From assembly GCA_036500645.1 (NCBI GenBank), contig DASYBR010000041.1:34874-98873 (forward strand): a stretch of 64,000 nt of DNA, in the 5' to 3' direction. The position numbers were made by a program, and so were the translations under genes. Position 1 is the first letter of the stretch, and every line of letters starts with the position of its first letter. Below are positions 1-29,828 of the stretch, in pieces. The notes under the pieces are model-generated. The model saw nothing but the letters and a program-made list of their open reading frames with translations, was not told where the DNA came from and searched no databases. This DNA is from Mycobacterium sp. (lineage in GTDB: Bacteria > Actinomycetota > Actinomycetes > Mycobacteriales > Mycobacteriaceae).

Positions 1-1
1 G

Positions 2-20872
<20,871 letters not shown>

Positions 20873-20873
20873 A

Positions 20874-21272
20874 TCACGAATGCACGGCCGGTTGCTCGGG
20901 GCGCGAAGACACCACGAGCACCGACAGGACGACGGCCACGAGAAGAAGGGCCAGGACGTCGCCCCAAAGGTGTCCCATGTGGTGGCCGCCGCCGAAGGAT
21001 TGCACCGCCATGATCGTCGCGTGGACGACGCTGGACCATATCGTGAACCAGATCAGGCTGAGGTTGGCGTTCGGGTCCCGCGCCGCGTAAATGAGAAAAA
21101 CGCCGAGCGTGGCGTATACGCCGACGATCATCATGAAGTACTCGGACTGGTACGGCATGCCGGCATGCCACGCCCATCCCGATGGCCACGCCATCGCGAG
21201 CGGATAGAGAAGAAGCATGATGGCGCCAAAGGTTACGAGTGCCAGCTGTAGAAGTTTGTATGACTTTGCCAT
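20874..21272 (-). CDS. Small multi-pass membrane protein (DUF6632-like)
   Basis: 132 aa, about four hydrophobic segments, WPSGWAWH and GVYATLGVFL..AARDP..LIWFTIWSSVVHA motifs; AGGAG SD before ATG. Confidence 0.8.
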   Translation of the reverse strand: MAKSYKLLQLALVTFGAIMLLLYPLAMAWPSGWAWHAGMPYQSEYFMMIVGVYATLGVFLIYAARDPNANLSLIWFTIWSSVVHATIMAVQSFGGGHHMGHLWGDVLALLLVAVVLSVLVVSSRPEQPAVHS

Positions 21273-21348
21273 TTCACGCTCCTAAAAGGTGCTGATGGCC
21301 TGTCATTATGCGCTCCGAATGGCTGTTTGCGGTGTCCTACGACAGCGG

Positions 21349-21678
21349 TTAATTGCCGACGGCGCCCCTATGCTGGGGGCAGTAGTAAGCCACCGAAGCG
21401 CCGAGGAGATAGCCCGCGTCTCGTGCCGACAAATCCGTGGCAGCGACCACATTCATCACCAGGGAAGTCGGCGTTTGGCGTTTGTCGAGTCCGGCGCACA
21501 TATTGTGGCCCGCTGCAATCGCGGCATTGCGGTCCGCGAAGGTAATTCCGTGTCTCTGGAGCGACCCGACGAACACGTCATCGTTTTGATCCGCTGATGC
21601 CGGCCCTGCGAAGAGCAGCGCGGCAACGGAAAGCGGAATCACACCGATTGTCGACCGTTTCCAATGAATTGCCTTCAC
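21349..21678 (-). CDS. Secreted DUF732-family protein
   Basis: Signal peptide ending ASA-D, DDVFVGSL..GI, AAIAAGHNMC and C-terminal YYCP, as in mycobacterial DUF732 proteins. Confidence 0.85.
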   Translation of the reverse strand: MKAIHWKRSTIGVIPLSVAALLFAGPASADQNDDVFVGSLQRHGITFADRNAAIAAGHNMCAGLDKRQTPTSLVMNVVAATDLSARDAGYLLGASVAYYCPQHRGAVGN

Positions 21679-22339
21679 TTAGCTCACGGCCCCCTTCGAA
21701 GCTGCGACTGGGCTCGCGGACAAGCGCGACAGTTGCTGCACGCTAACCGATGTCGACGCCGATTTCGCATCGACTTTTTGCGGCCGATTAACGAATTCGC
21801 ACAGGGTTCGTTCGGTCAACAAACTTGCTCCCATGCACGACACGCGTCATCGCCACAGTTATTGAAACGTTGTGCCCCAGTCGTTTAACTGGGAAAAGGC
21901 GACACGGCCGACGATTTCGCGGCCGGACATACGCGAGCGGGCGTCCGCCTTTTCGGCCAGCCCACGGTGCCATGCGGTGAGCGAGATGAGATCGGCGCGC
22001 AACGAAGATTTAACACCGGCGGAGTCGCGCGGCGCGGAAAGCCGCTTGCAGAAGCGGTAATTCCGGTGCCCGAGGCGTCATCGATGGATGATCGATTGCA
22101 CGGCAACCGAATTCGTGAATAAGCACGAATCACGCGGGATCGGGCCGCGCGGAATCTTCACCGGCGTCGCCGTCGGGACGGTTAGCTGAGCGGTTTGCGC
22201 GACCGGAGGACGACGCTCTCTGGGTCCCGGCTCGGGGCGGGCGGCGCCGCCGGAGCGGTGATCGTGCCCGTGCTGACGACAAAAAAATGGTTTACCAGGC
22301 GTTTCCAATGCTGGCACGGTAGGCGGAAACGGCCTTGGG

Positions 22340-22345
22340 TATGGT
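22340..22345 (+). promoter_or_regulatory. Putative -10 element (TATGGT) for a leaderless amidotransferase transcript
   Basis: TANNNT hexamer 7 nt upstream of the GTG at 22353; no clear SD. Confidence 0.5.
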
Positions 22346-22352
22346 TCAAGAG

Positions 22353-24158
22353 GTGTGCGGAGTCACCGGGGAGGTACGGCTCGATGGGCAAGTCCCCGAT
22401 GTAGCAGCGGTGTCAGCGATGGCTGCCGTGATGGCGCCAAGGGGGCCGGATGCGGCGGGCACCTGGTCGCAGGGTCGGGTTGCGCTCGGCCATCGTCGTC
22501 TCAGGATCATCGACCTCACCGAGGCGGGCGCTCAGCCGATGATCGATTCCGACCTGGGGCTGGCCATCGCCTGGAACGGCTGCATCTACAACTACAAGCA
22601 GCTGCGCAGCGAGCTCGAGGGGCACGGCTACCGCTTCTTTTCCCACAGCGACACCGAGGTCCTGATCAAGGCCTACCACCGCTGGGGCGACGACTTCGTC
22701 GGCCACCTGTACGGGATGTTCGCCTTCGCCATCGTTGAACGAGCCAGCGGCCGGGTCCTGCTGGGCCGCGACCGGCTGGGCATCAAGCCCCTGTACCTGA
22801 CCGAGGACAGTCACCGGGTGCGCTTCGCGTCGACTCTGCCCGCGCTGCTGGCCGGCGGCGGCGTGGACACCCGGATCGATTCCGTCGCGCTGCACCATTA
22901 CATGACTTTCCATTCCGTGGTGCCGCCGCCGCTGACCATCCTGCGGGGCGTGCGCAAGGTCCCGCCCGGATCGCTGGTCGCCATCGAGCCCGACGGCCGG
23001 CGCACCACGACCACCTACTGGTCACCGGACTTCACCAGGCACGACGACCGTTCCGACTGGTCGGAGCGGGACTGGGAAGACGCCGTGTTGTCGTCGCTGC
23101 GCGTCGCGGTCGAACGCCGCCTGGTCGCTGACGTCCCGGTCGGCTGCCTGCTTTCCGGCGGCGTCGATTCCAGCCTGATCGTCGGCCTGCTCGCCGAGGC
23201 CGGCCAGCACGGGCTGTCGACCTTCTCCATCGGCTTCGAGTCGGCCGGCGGCGTCGAGGGCGACGAGTTTCGGTGGTCGGACATCATCGCCAAGCGCTTC
23301 GACACTGACCATCATCAGATCCGCATCGGAACCGATCGGATGCTGCCCGCGCTCGACGGGGCCATCGGCGCCATGAGCGAGCCCATGGTCAGCCACGACT
23401 GCGTCGCCTTCTACCTGCTCAGCCAGGAAGTGTCGCGCCACGTGAAGGTCGTGCAATCGGGGCAGGGTGCCGACGAGGTGTTTGCCGGCTACCACTGGTA
23501 TCCGCCGATGGGCTCGCCGGCGGCGGCGTCACTGGAAGGTTCGGTCGCCGAGTACCGCGGTGCCTTCTTCGATCGCGATGCGGCGGAGTTGGCGGGCCTG
23601 CTGGCACCGGGCAAAACCGCGCCCGGCGATCCGAGCGAGCGCTTCGTCACCGAACACTTCGCGCGTGCCGGCGCCGAGACCGGGGTCGACCGTGCGCTGC
23701 GGCTCGATACGACGGTCATGCTGGTCGACGACCCGGTGAAGCGGGTGGACAATATGACGATGGCCTGGGGACTGGAAGGCCGGGTTCCATTCCTCGACCA
23801 CGAGTTGGTCGAGCTGGCGGCGACCTGCCCGCCGGAGCTCAAGACCGCCCACGAAGGCAAGGGCGTCCTCAAACAGGCTGCGCGGCGGGTGATTCCATCG
23901 GAGGTCATCGATCGGCCCAAGGGCTATTTCCCGGTTCCGGCACTGACACATCTCGAAGGGCCGTATTTGGAAATGGTGCGGGAGGCCCTTTATTCGCCAG
24001 TTGCCAAGGAGCGTGGGCTGTTTCGCGCAGAAGCGGTCGACGCCCTGCTGGCCAACCCCAATGGCAAGCTGACACCCCTGAGGGGGAACGAGCTCTGGCA
24101 GATCGGCCTGCTTGAACTCTGGTTGCAACGTCACGGTGTGACGGGTCCGGTGGCATGA
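22353..24158 (+). CDS. N-acetylglutaminylglutamine amidotransferase (asparagine synthase B family, class II glutamine amidotransferase)
   Basis: Start moved to GTG 22353 so the protein begins M-C-G (Ntn nucleophile Cys); RGPD, LGHRRL, WNGCIYNY, RDRLGIKPLY, LSGGVDSS, SGQGADE; overlaps ngg by 4 nt. Confidence 0.92.
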   Translation: MCGVTGEVRLDGQVPDVAAVSAMAAVMAPRGPDAAGTWSQGRVALGHRRLRIIDLTEAGAQPMIDSDLGLAIAWNGCIYNYKQLRSELEGHGYRFFSHSDTEVLIKAYHRWGDDFVGHLYGMFAFAIVERASGRVLLGRDRLGIKPLYLTEDSHRVRFASTLPALLAGGGVDTRIDSVALHHYMTFHSVVPPPLTILRGVRKVPPGSLVAIEPDGRRTTTTYWSPDFTRHDDRSDWSERDWEDAVLSSLRVAVERRLVADVPVGCLLSGGVDSSLIVGLLAEAGQHGLSTFSIGFESAGGVEGDEFRWSDIIAKRFDTDHHQIRIGTDRMLPALDGAIGAMSEPMVSHDCVAFYLLSQEVSRHVKVVQSGQGADEVFAGYHWYPPMGSPAAASLEGSVAEYRGAFFDRDAAELAGLLAPGKTAPGDPSERFVTEHFARAGAETGVDRALRLDTTVMLVDDPVKRVDNMTMAWGLEGRVPFLDHELVELAATCPPELKTAHEGKGVLKQAARRVIPSEVIDRPKGYFPVPALTHLEGPYLEMVREALYSPVAKERGLFRAEAVDALLANPNGKLTPLRGNELWQIGLLELWLQRHGVTGPVA

Positions 24159-25951
24159 CGGCTTTCGAGCCAACGAGCGACCATACCGAGGCGATCACCA
24201 TGGGTCTGCACGACGCCTCACCGCCGCACCTGTTAGACGCGATGGCCAAGGACGTGGAGCTCGAACTGGGTTGGGGCCGACTGATTTTCGGCCAGACCTT
24301 TGCCGATTCGCGCCATCTGGTCGAGGCGCTGCGACGTGAAGGGCCCGGGCGCCGCGATATCTGCATCTATGCACGGGAATCCCACGTGGTGGTCGCCGAA
24401 GCGCCGACCGAGCTCTTCATCGACCCCAGCCACACTTATCGTTTGCGCTTCACCGAGGAGATGACGCAGGACGACCTGGCGCCCGCGCCGCTGGGCGTCA
24501 CCGTGCGCACGCTCAACGACCCGGTTGACGCCGACGCCATGAATCGCGTGTACGTGCGCTGCGGGATGGTCCCGGCAAGGATCGACGTGATCTGGGAAAA
24601 CCACCAGCACGCGCCGGCGGTGACGTACCTGCTGGCGATCCGCGACGAAGACGGCGCGGTGGTGGGCACCGTCACCGGCGTCGACCATGAGCTGCTGTTC
24701 TCCGACCCGGAGCAAGGTTCGAGCCTGTGGACCCTTGCCGTTGACCCGGGTGCCGGGCTTCCCGGGGTCGGTGCCGCCCTGACACGTGCCCTGGCGGAGC
24801 ACTTCCGCAGCGCGGGCCGCGCCTATATGGATTTGTCGGTGGCGCACGACAACGCCGCCGCCATCGCCCTCTACGAAAAGCTGGGCTTTCGCCGCGTGCC
24901 GGTGCTGGCGATCAAACGCAAGAACGCGATCAACGAGCCGCTGTTCACCCCACCGCCGGAGACGATCGACGACCTGAACCCCTACGCGCGGATAATTGCC
25001 GACGAGGCGCTGCGCCGGGGGATCTGGGTCGAGGTCCTCGACGCGGAGACCGGCGAGATCCGGCTCACTCACGGCGCCCGCAGCGTCATCACCCGGGAAT
25101 CGCTGTCGGAATTCACCTCCGCGGTCGCGATGTGCCGGTGTGATGACAAACGTCTGACGCGCCGTCTGGTAGCCGAGGCGGGCCTCACGGTGCCGCGCGC
25201 CCGGCTGGCCACCTTCGACAAAGAAGACTTCGCGTTCCTGACCGAGGTCGGGGAGGTCGTGGTCAAACCGACTCGCGGTGAGCAGGGCAAAGGCATCACC
25301 GTTGGTGTCAACGTCGACCATGGTCCCGACGAGCTCACCGCCGCGTTGACGCGGGCGCGCGAGCAATTCCACGAGGTCTTGATCGAGCAGCGGGTCTCCG
25401 GTGACGACCTTCGGTTGGTGGTGGTCGACGGCCGGGTGGTTGCCGCCGCGCTGCGGATGCCGCCCGAGATCATCGGCACGGGGGAGCACAGCATCCGCGA
25501 TCTGATCGCGGCCGAAAGCCGGCGGCGCGCCGCTGCCACGGGTGGCGAATCGCGCATCCCGATCGACGCCGTCACGGAGACGACGGTCGCCGAAGGCGGT
25601 TGGCACATGGATGACGTGCTGCCGCAGGGAACCCGACTCCGGGTTCGCCACACCGCCAACCTGCATCAGGGCGGCACAATCCACGACGTGACCGCCCAGG
25701 TGAACCCCGAGCTCTGCCGGGTAGCGGTGACGGCCGCCGAGGCGATCGGTATCCCGGTGACCGGCATCGACCTGCTAGTGCCCGACATCACCGGCGAGGA
25801 CTACGCCTTCATCGAGGCCAACGAGCGGCCAGGGCTGGCCAACCACGAACCACAACCGACGGCCGCGGCTTTCATCGACTTCCTGTTCCCCGGCCACCCC
25901 GGCCAGCCGCCTGCCTGGATTCCCGAGGAGTCGCGCTCGGACCGCCCTTGA
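24155..25951 (+). CDS. ngg: N-acetylglutaminylglutamine synthetase (GNAT plus cyanophycin-synthetase-like ATP-grasp)
   Basis: GWGRLIFGQTF, GNAT motifs (SLWTLAVDP, DLSVAHDNAAAIALYEKLGF), ATP-grasp VVKPTRGEQGKG, ANLHQGG, IEANERPGLANH; paired with the amidotransferase. Confidence 0.92.
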   Translation: MTAFEPTSDHTEAITMGLHDASPPHLLDAMAKDVELELGWGRLIFGQTFADSRHLVEALRREGPGRRDICIYARESHVVVAEAPTELFIDPSHTYRLRFTEEMTQDDLAPAPLGVTVRTLNDPVDADAMNRVYVRCGMVPARIDVIWENHQHAPAVTYLLAIRDEDGAVVGTVTGVDHELLFSDPEQGSSLWTLAVDPGAGLPGVGAALTRALAEHFRSAGRAYMDLSVAHDNAAAIALYEKLGFRRVPVLAIKRKNAINEPLFTPPPETIDDLNPYARIIADEALRRGIWVEVLDAETGEIRLTHGARSVITRESLSEFTSAVAMCRCDDKRLTRRLVAEAGLTVPRARLATFDKEDFAFLTEVGEVVVKPTRGEQGKGITVGVNVDHGPDELTAALTRAREQFHEVLIEQRVSGDDLRLVVVDGRVVAAALRMPPEIIGTGEHSIRDLIAAESRRRAAATGGESRIPIDAVTETTVAEGGWHMDDVLPQGTRLRVRHTANLHQGGTIHDVTAQVNPELCRVAVTAAEAIGIPVTGIDLLVPDITGEDYAFIEANERPGLANHEPQPTAAAFIDFLFPGHPGQPPAWIPEESRSDRP

Positions 25952-26006
25952 GGGCTAGCGATACGCGGCGGTGGGTAACTCTGTCTCAGACCAGAACGGA
26001 GACCAC

Positions 26007-27515
26007 ATGAGCGCGAGCGCGCAAATCAAAACCATCACGACGCATGTTCCGGCGCGCCTCGACCGGCTGCCGTGGTCGCGTTTCCATTGGCGCGTCGTCC
26101 TCGGTCTGGGTGGTGTCTGGGTCCTGGACGGGCTCGAGGTCACGATGGTGGGCAACGTGTCGGCCCGTTTGATGGAGAAGGGCAGTGGCATCTCGCTGGA
26201 CGCCGCCCAGATCGGCGTGGCGGCGGCGATCTACATCGCCGGGGCGTGTTTGGGCGCGCTCTTCTTCGGTCACCTGACCGACCGTTTCGGACGGCGCAAC
26301 CTGTTCATCTTGACCCTGGCCATCTATCTGGTCGCGACCGTTGCGACCGCCTTCGCCTTCGCGCCCTGGTATTTCTTCGTCGCTCGCTTTTTCACCGGCT
26401 CGGGGATCGGCGGCGAATACGCCGCCATAAACTCGGCTATCGACGAGCTGATCCCGGCACGGGTGCGCGGCCGGGTCGATCTGATCATCAACGGGACGTA
26501 TTGGCTGGGTTCAGCCGCCGGAGCCGGCGGCGCGCTGATCCTGTTGAACACGTCGAACTTTCCGGCGAACGTCGGCTGGCGGCTTGCCTTCGGCATCGGC
26601 GCCATCCTCGGTATCTTCGTCCTCCTGGTCCGGCGCAACGTTCCGGAAAGTCCGCGGTGGTTGTTCATCCATGGCCGCGGCGAGGAAGCGGAGCGCATCG
26701 TCGGCGACATCGAAGATGCGATCCGGGAAGAGACCGGCCAACCGCTGTCCGAACCGGAGGGTAAGCAGCTCCGAATTCGTCAGCGTCCGCCGATTTCGTT
26801 CCGGGAGATCGCCAATGTGGCCTTCAGGCTCTATCCGCGCCGCGCGGTCCTGGGACTGGCATTGTTCATCGGGCAGGCGTTCCTCTACAACGGCGTGACG
26901 TTCAACCTGGGCACACTGCTCAACGACTTCTATGCGGTCCCCGCCACCATGGTTCCGGTTTTCTTCGTCGTATGGGCGCTGAGCAATTTCGCCGGTCCGC
27001 TGCTGCTCGGGCGCTTGTTCGACACCGTCGGCCGCAAGCCGATGATCACCTTGTCGTATGTGGGCTCGGGCGTCGTGGTGGTCATCCTCGCGCTGGTGTT
27101 TCTCACCGAGGTCGGGGGAGTGTGGGCGTTCATCGGGGTGCTCATCGTGGCGTTCTTCCTGGCCTCGGCGGGTGCCAGCGCGGCCTACCTGACGGTCAGC
27201 GAGATCTTTCCGATGGAGACCAGGGCGCTCGCGATCGCCTTCTTCTACGCCGTCGGCACCGCGATCGGCGGCATCTCCGGGCCGTTGCTGTTCGGCCAGC
27301 TGATCAACTCGGGCCAACGTGGTCTGGTTGCCTGGTCGTTCCTCATCGGGGCGGTCGTCATGGCCGCCGCAGGACTGGTGGAACTATGGCTCGGAATTCC
27401 GGCCGAAGGTCGCCGATTGGAAGAGTTGGCATTGCCTTTGACGCTGGACGACGCCGAGCACTCCGAGGAGTCGACCGGCCAGGCAAATCCCCGCCAGTAC
27501 CCAGAGGCGCCGTAG
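26007..27515 (+). CDS. MFS transporter (sugar porter / aromatic acid type)
   Basis: About 12 TM segments, GHLTDRFGRR motif A, GIGGEY, PESPRWL, EIFP; ATG 26007 follows GGAG. Confidence 0.9.
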   Translation: MSASAQIKTITTHVPARLDRLPWSRFHWRVVLGLGGVWVLDGLEVTMVGNVSARLMEKGSGISLDAAQIGVAAAIYIAGACLGALFFGHLTDRFGRRNLFILTLAIYLVATVATAFAFAPWYFFVARFFTGSGIGGEYAAINSAIDELIPARVRGRVDLIINGTYWLGSAAGAGGALILLNTSNFPANVGWRLAFGIGAILGIFVLLVRRNVPESPRWLFIHGRGEEAERIVGDIEDAIREETGQPLSEPEGKQLRIRQRPPISFREIANVAFRLYPRRAVLGLALFIGQAFLYNGVTFNLGTLLNDFYAVPATMVPVFFVVWALSNFAGPLLLGRLFDTVGRKPMITLSYVGSGVVVVILALVFLTEVGGVWAFIGVLIVAFFLASAGASAAYLTVSEIFPMETRALAIAFFYAVGTAIGGISGPLLFGQLINSGQRGLVAWSFLIGAVVMAAAGLVELWLGIPAEGRRLEELALPLTLDDAEHSEESTGQANPRQYPEAP

Positions 27516-27550
27516 CGCGACTCATGTTCGCAATCATTGCGATACCGCCG

Positions 27551-27577
27551 TTGACGCCGGCGTAACAAGTTTGCCAT
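27551..27577 (+). promoter_or_regulatory. Putative GlnR box upstream of glutamine synthetase III
   Basis: TTGAC-n6-GTAAC-n6-GCCAT (AC-n9-AC spacing), then a TAAGGT -10 at 27588-27593. Confidence 0.5.
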
Positions 27578-27650
27578 CGAACCTTCCTAAGGTGAGTCGG
27601 TCCACCTTCCGTGGCGGAAAGTCGTGGACCCCCCAGCGATAGGAATTCCA

Positions 27651-29828
27651 TTGAGCGGAAACGCGGTCCGACTGCAGGCGATCAACAACGTCGAGGCATA
27701 CGTCCCCCCTGCCATCAGTTTCGTACCCGGTGAGGAGCCGGGCGAGGTCTTCGGTTCCAACGTCTTCACCAAGTCCGAGATGCAGGCGCGGCTGCCCAAG
27801 GCGACGTACAAGTCCATCGTCGCGACCATCGACAAAGGCGCCAAGCTCGACCCCGCGGTCGCCGACTCGGTGGCGGTAGCCATGAAGGACTGGGCCCTGG
27901 AGAAGGGCGCCACCCACTACGCCCACGTGTTCTACCCGATGACCGGCCTGACCGCCGAGAAGCACGACAGCTTCCTGGAGCCCATTTCGGATGGGCAGAC
28001 CCTCGCGGAGTTCGCCGGCAAAACCCTGATCCAGGGCGAGCCGGACGCCTCCAGCTTCCCGTCGGGCGGTCTGCGCAGCACCTTCGAGGCGCGCGGCTAC
28101 ACCGGCTGGGACGTCACCAGCCCGGCGTACATCCTGGAGAATCCGAACGGCAACACCCTGTGCATCCCGACGGTCTTCGTCTCGATGACCGGCGAGGCCC
28201 TGGACTACAAGACACCGTTGCTGCGCAGTCAACAGGCCATGGGTAAGCACGCCGAGCGCGTGCTCAAGCTATTCGGCCACAAGGATCTCAACCACGTCGT
28301 GTCGTTCTGCGGCCCGGAGCAGGAGTACTTCCTGGTCGACCGCCACTTCTTCCTGGCGCGGCCGGACCTGGTCAACGCCGGCCGCACCCTGTTCGGCGCT
28401 AAGCCCCCCAAAGGCCAGGAGTTCGACGACCACTATTTCGGTGCCGTGCCCGAGCGTGTCCTCGGCTTCATGATGGACACGGAGCGCGAGCTGTTCAAGC
28501 TCGGTATTCCCGCCAAAACCCGCCACAACGAGGTCGCCCCCGGCCAGTTCGAGCTGGCGCCGATGTTCGAGCGGGCCAACATCGCCTCGGACCACCAGCA
28601 GCTGACGATGACCATCTTCAAGACGCTGGCCAAAAAGCACGGCATGGAATGCCTGTTCCACGAGAAGCCGTTCGCCGGCGTCAACGGCTCCGGCAAGCAC
28701 GTCAACTTCTCGATGGGCAACTCCGACCTGGGTTCGCTGCTGGTCCCCGGCGATACGCCGCACGAGAACGCCCAGTTCCTGGTGTTCTGCGCAGCGGTGA
28801 TTCGCGCCGTGCACAAGTTCTCTGGGCTGCTCCGGGTATCGGTGGCGTCGGCCACCAACGACCACCGCCTGGGCGCCAACGAGGCACCGCCGGCGATCAT
28901 CTCGATCTTCCTCGGCGAGCAGCTCGCCGACGTGTTCGAGCAGATCGCCAAGGGCGCGGCCACCTCCTCAAAAGGTAAGGGCACCATGATCATTGGCGTC
29001 GACACGCTGCCCACGCTGCCGACCGATCCCGGTGATCGCAACCGCACCAGCCCATTCGCGTTCACCGGCAACCGGTTCGAGTTCCGGGCGCCGGGCTCCG
29101 GGCAGACGGTTGCTGTGCCGTTGATCATTCTCAACACGATCATGGCCGACTCGTTGGACTACATGGCAACGGTGCTGGAGAAGGCTGTCGCCGACGGCGA
29201 GGACTTCGATGGTGCAGTGCAGACGCTGCTCACCGAGATCATCACCGAGCACGGCGATGTGGTGTACAACGGGGACGGCTACTCGGAGAAGTGGCAGATC
29301 GAGGCGGCTGAGCGCGGCTTGTTGAACCTTAAGACCACGCTGGACGCCGTTCCGGAGCTGATCAAGCCGGAAGCGATCGAACTCTTCGAGAATTACGGAG
29401 TCTTCACCGAACGCGAGCTGCACAGCCGCTACGAGATCCAGTTGGAGCAGTACGTGCTGACCGTTGCCGTCGAGGCAAAGCTGGCCCTAGAGCTCGGCAC
29501 TACGGTCATCCTGCCGGCCGCGGTCCGCTACCAGACTGAGCTGGCGCAGAACGTCGCGACCTTGAAGGCTGCCGGCATAGAGCCGAGCACACTTGCGCTG
29601 GAAGCGGTTTCGTCCCCCCTCGCCGACCTCAGTGAAGCGCTGGCAACGCTGAAAACGGCGCTCTCGGATCACTCCGCGGAATCGGCGTTCGACGAGGCCA
29701 AGCACGCCCAGGAAGAGCTCCTGCCGGCGATGGCGGCGGTGCGCACCGCCGCCGACACGCTGGAAAGCGTTGTGGCCGACGACCTGTGGCCGCTGCCGAC
29801 GTACCAGGAGATGCTCTACATCCTCTGA
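27651..29828 (+). CDS. Glutamine synthetase type III
   Basis: About 725 aa; [92 protein letters not shown]; TTG start after AGGAA. Confidence 0.95.
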   Translation: MSGNAVRLQAINNVEAYVPPAISFVPGEEPGEVFGSNVFTKSEMQARLPKATYKSIVATIDKGAKLDPAVADSVAVAMKDWALEKGATHYAHVFYPMTGLTAEKHDSFLEPISDGQTLAEFAGKTLIQGEPDASSFPSGGLRSTFEARGYTGWDVTSPAYILENPNGNTLCIPTVFVSMTGEALDYKTPLLRSQQAMGKHAERVLKLFGHKDLNHVVSFCGPEQEYFLVDRHFFLARPDLVNAGRTLFGAKPPKGQEFDDHYFGAVPERVLGFMMDTERELFKLGIPAKTRHNEVAPGQFELAPMFERANIASDHQQLTMTIFKTLAKKHGMECLFHEKPFAGVNGSGKHVNFSMGNSDLGSLLVPGDTPHENAQFLVFCAAVIRAVHKFSGLLRVSVASATNDHRLGANEAPPAIISIFLGEQLADVFEQIAKGAATSSKGKGTMIIGVDTLPTLPTDPGDRNRTSPFAFTGNRFEFRAPGSGQTVAVPLIILNTIMADSLDYMATVLEKAVADGEDFDGAVQTLLTEIITEHGDVVYNGDGYSEKWQIEAAERGLLNLKTTLDAVPELIKPEAIELFENYGVFTERELHSRYEIQLEQYVLTVAVEAKLALELGTTVILPAAVRYQTELAQNVATLKAAGIEPSTLALEAVSSPLADLSEALATLKTALSDHSAESAFDEAKHAQEELLPAMAAVRTAADTLESVVADDLWPLPTYQEMLYIL

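Noticed and set aside
22318-22342. SigF promoter (GGGTAT -10) for the NAGGN genes
   Set aside because: The -35 candidate GGTAG is a poor match at 14-nt spacing; the overlapping TANNNT explains the site better.
22078-22404. Small ORFs in the DUF732-amidotransferase spacer
   Set aside because: No SD or recognisable motifs; some overlap the real gene start.
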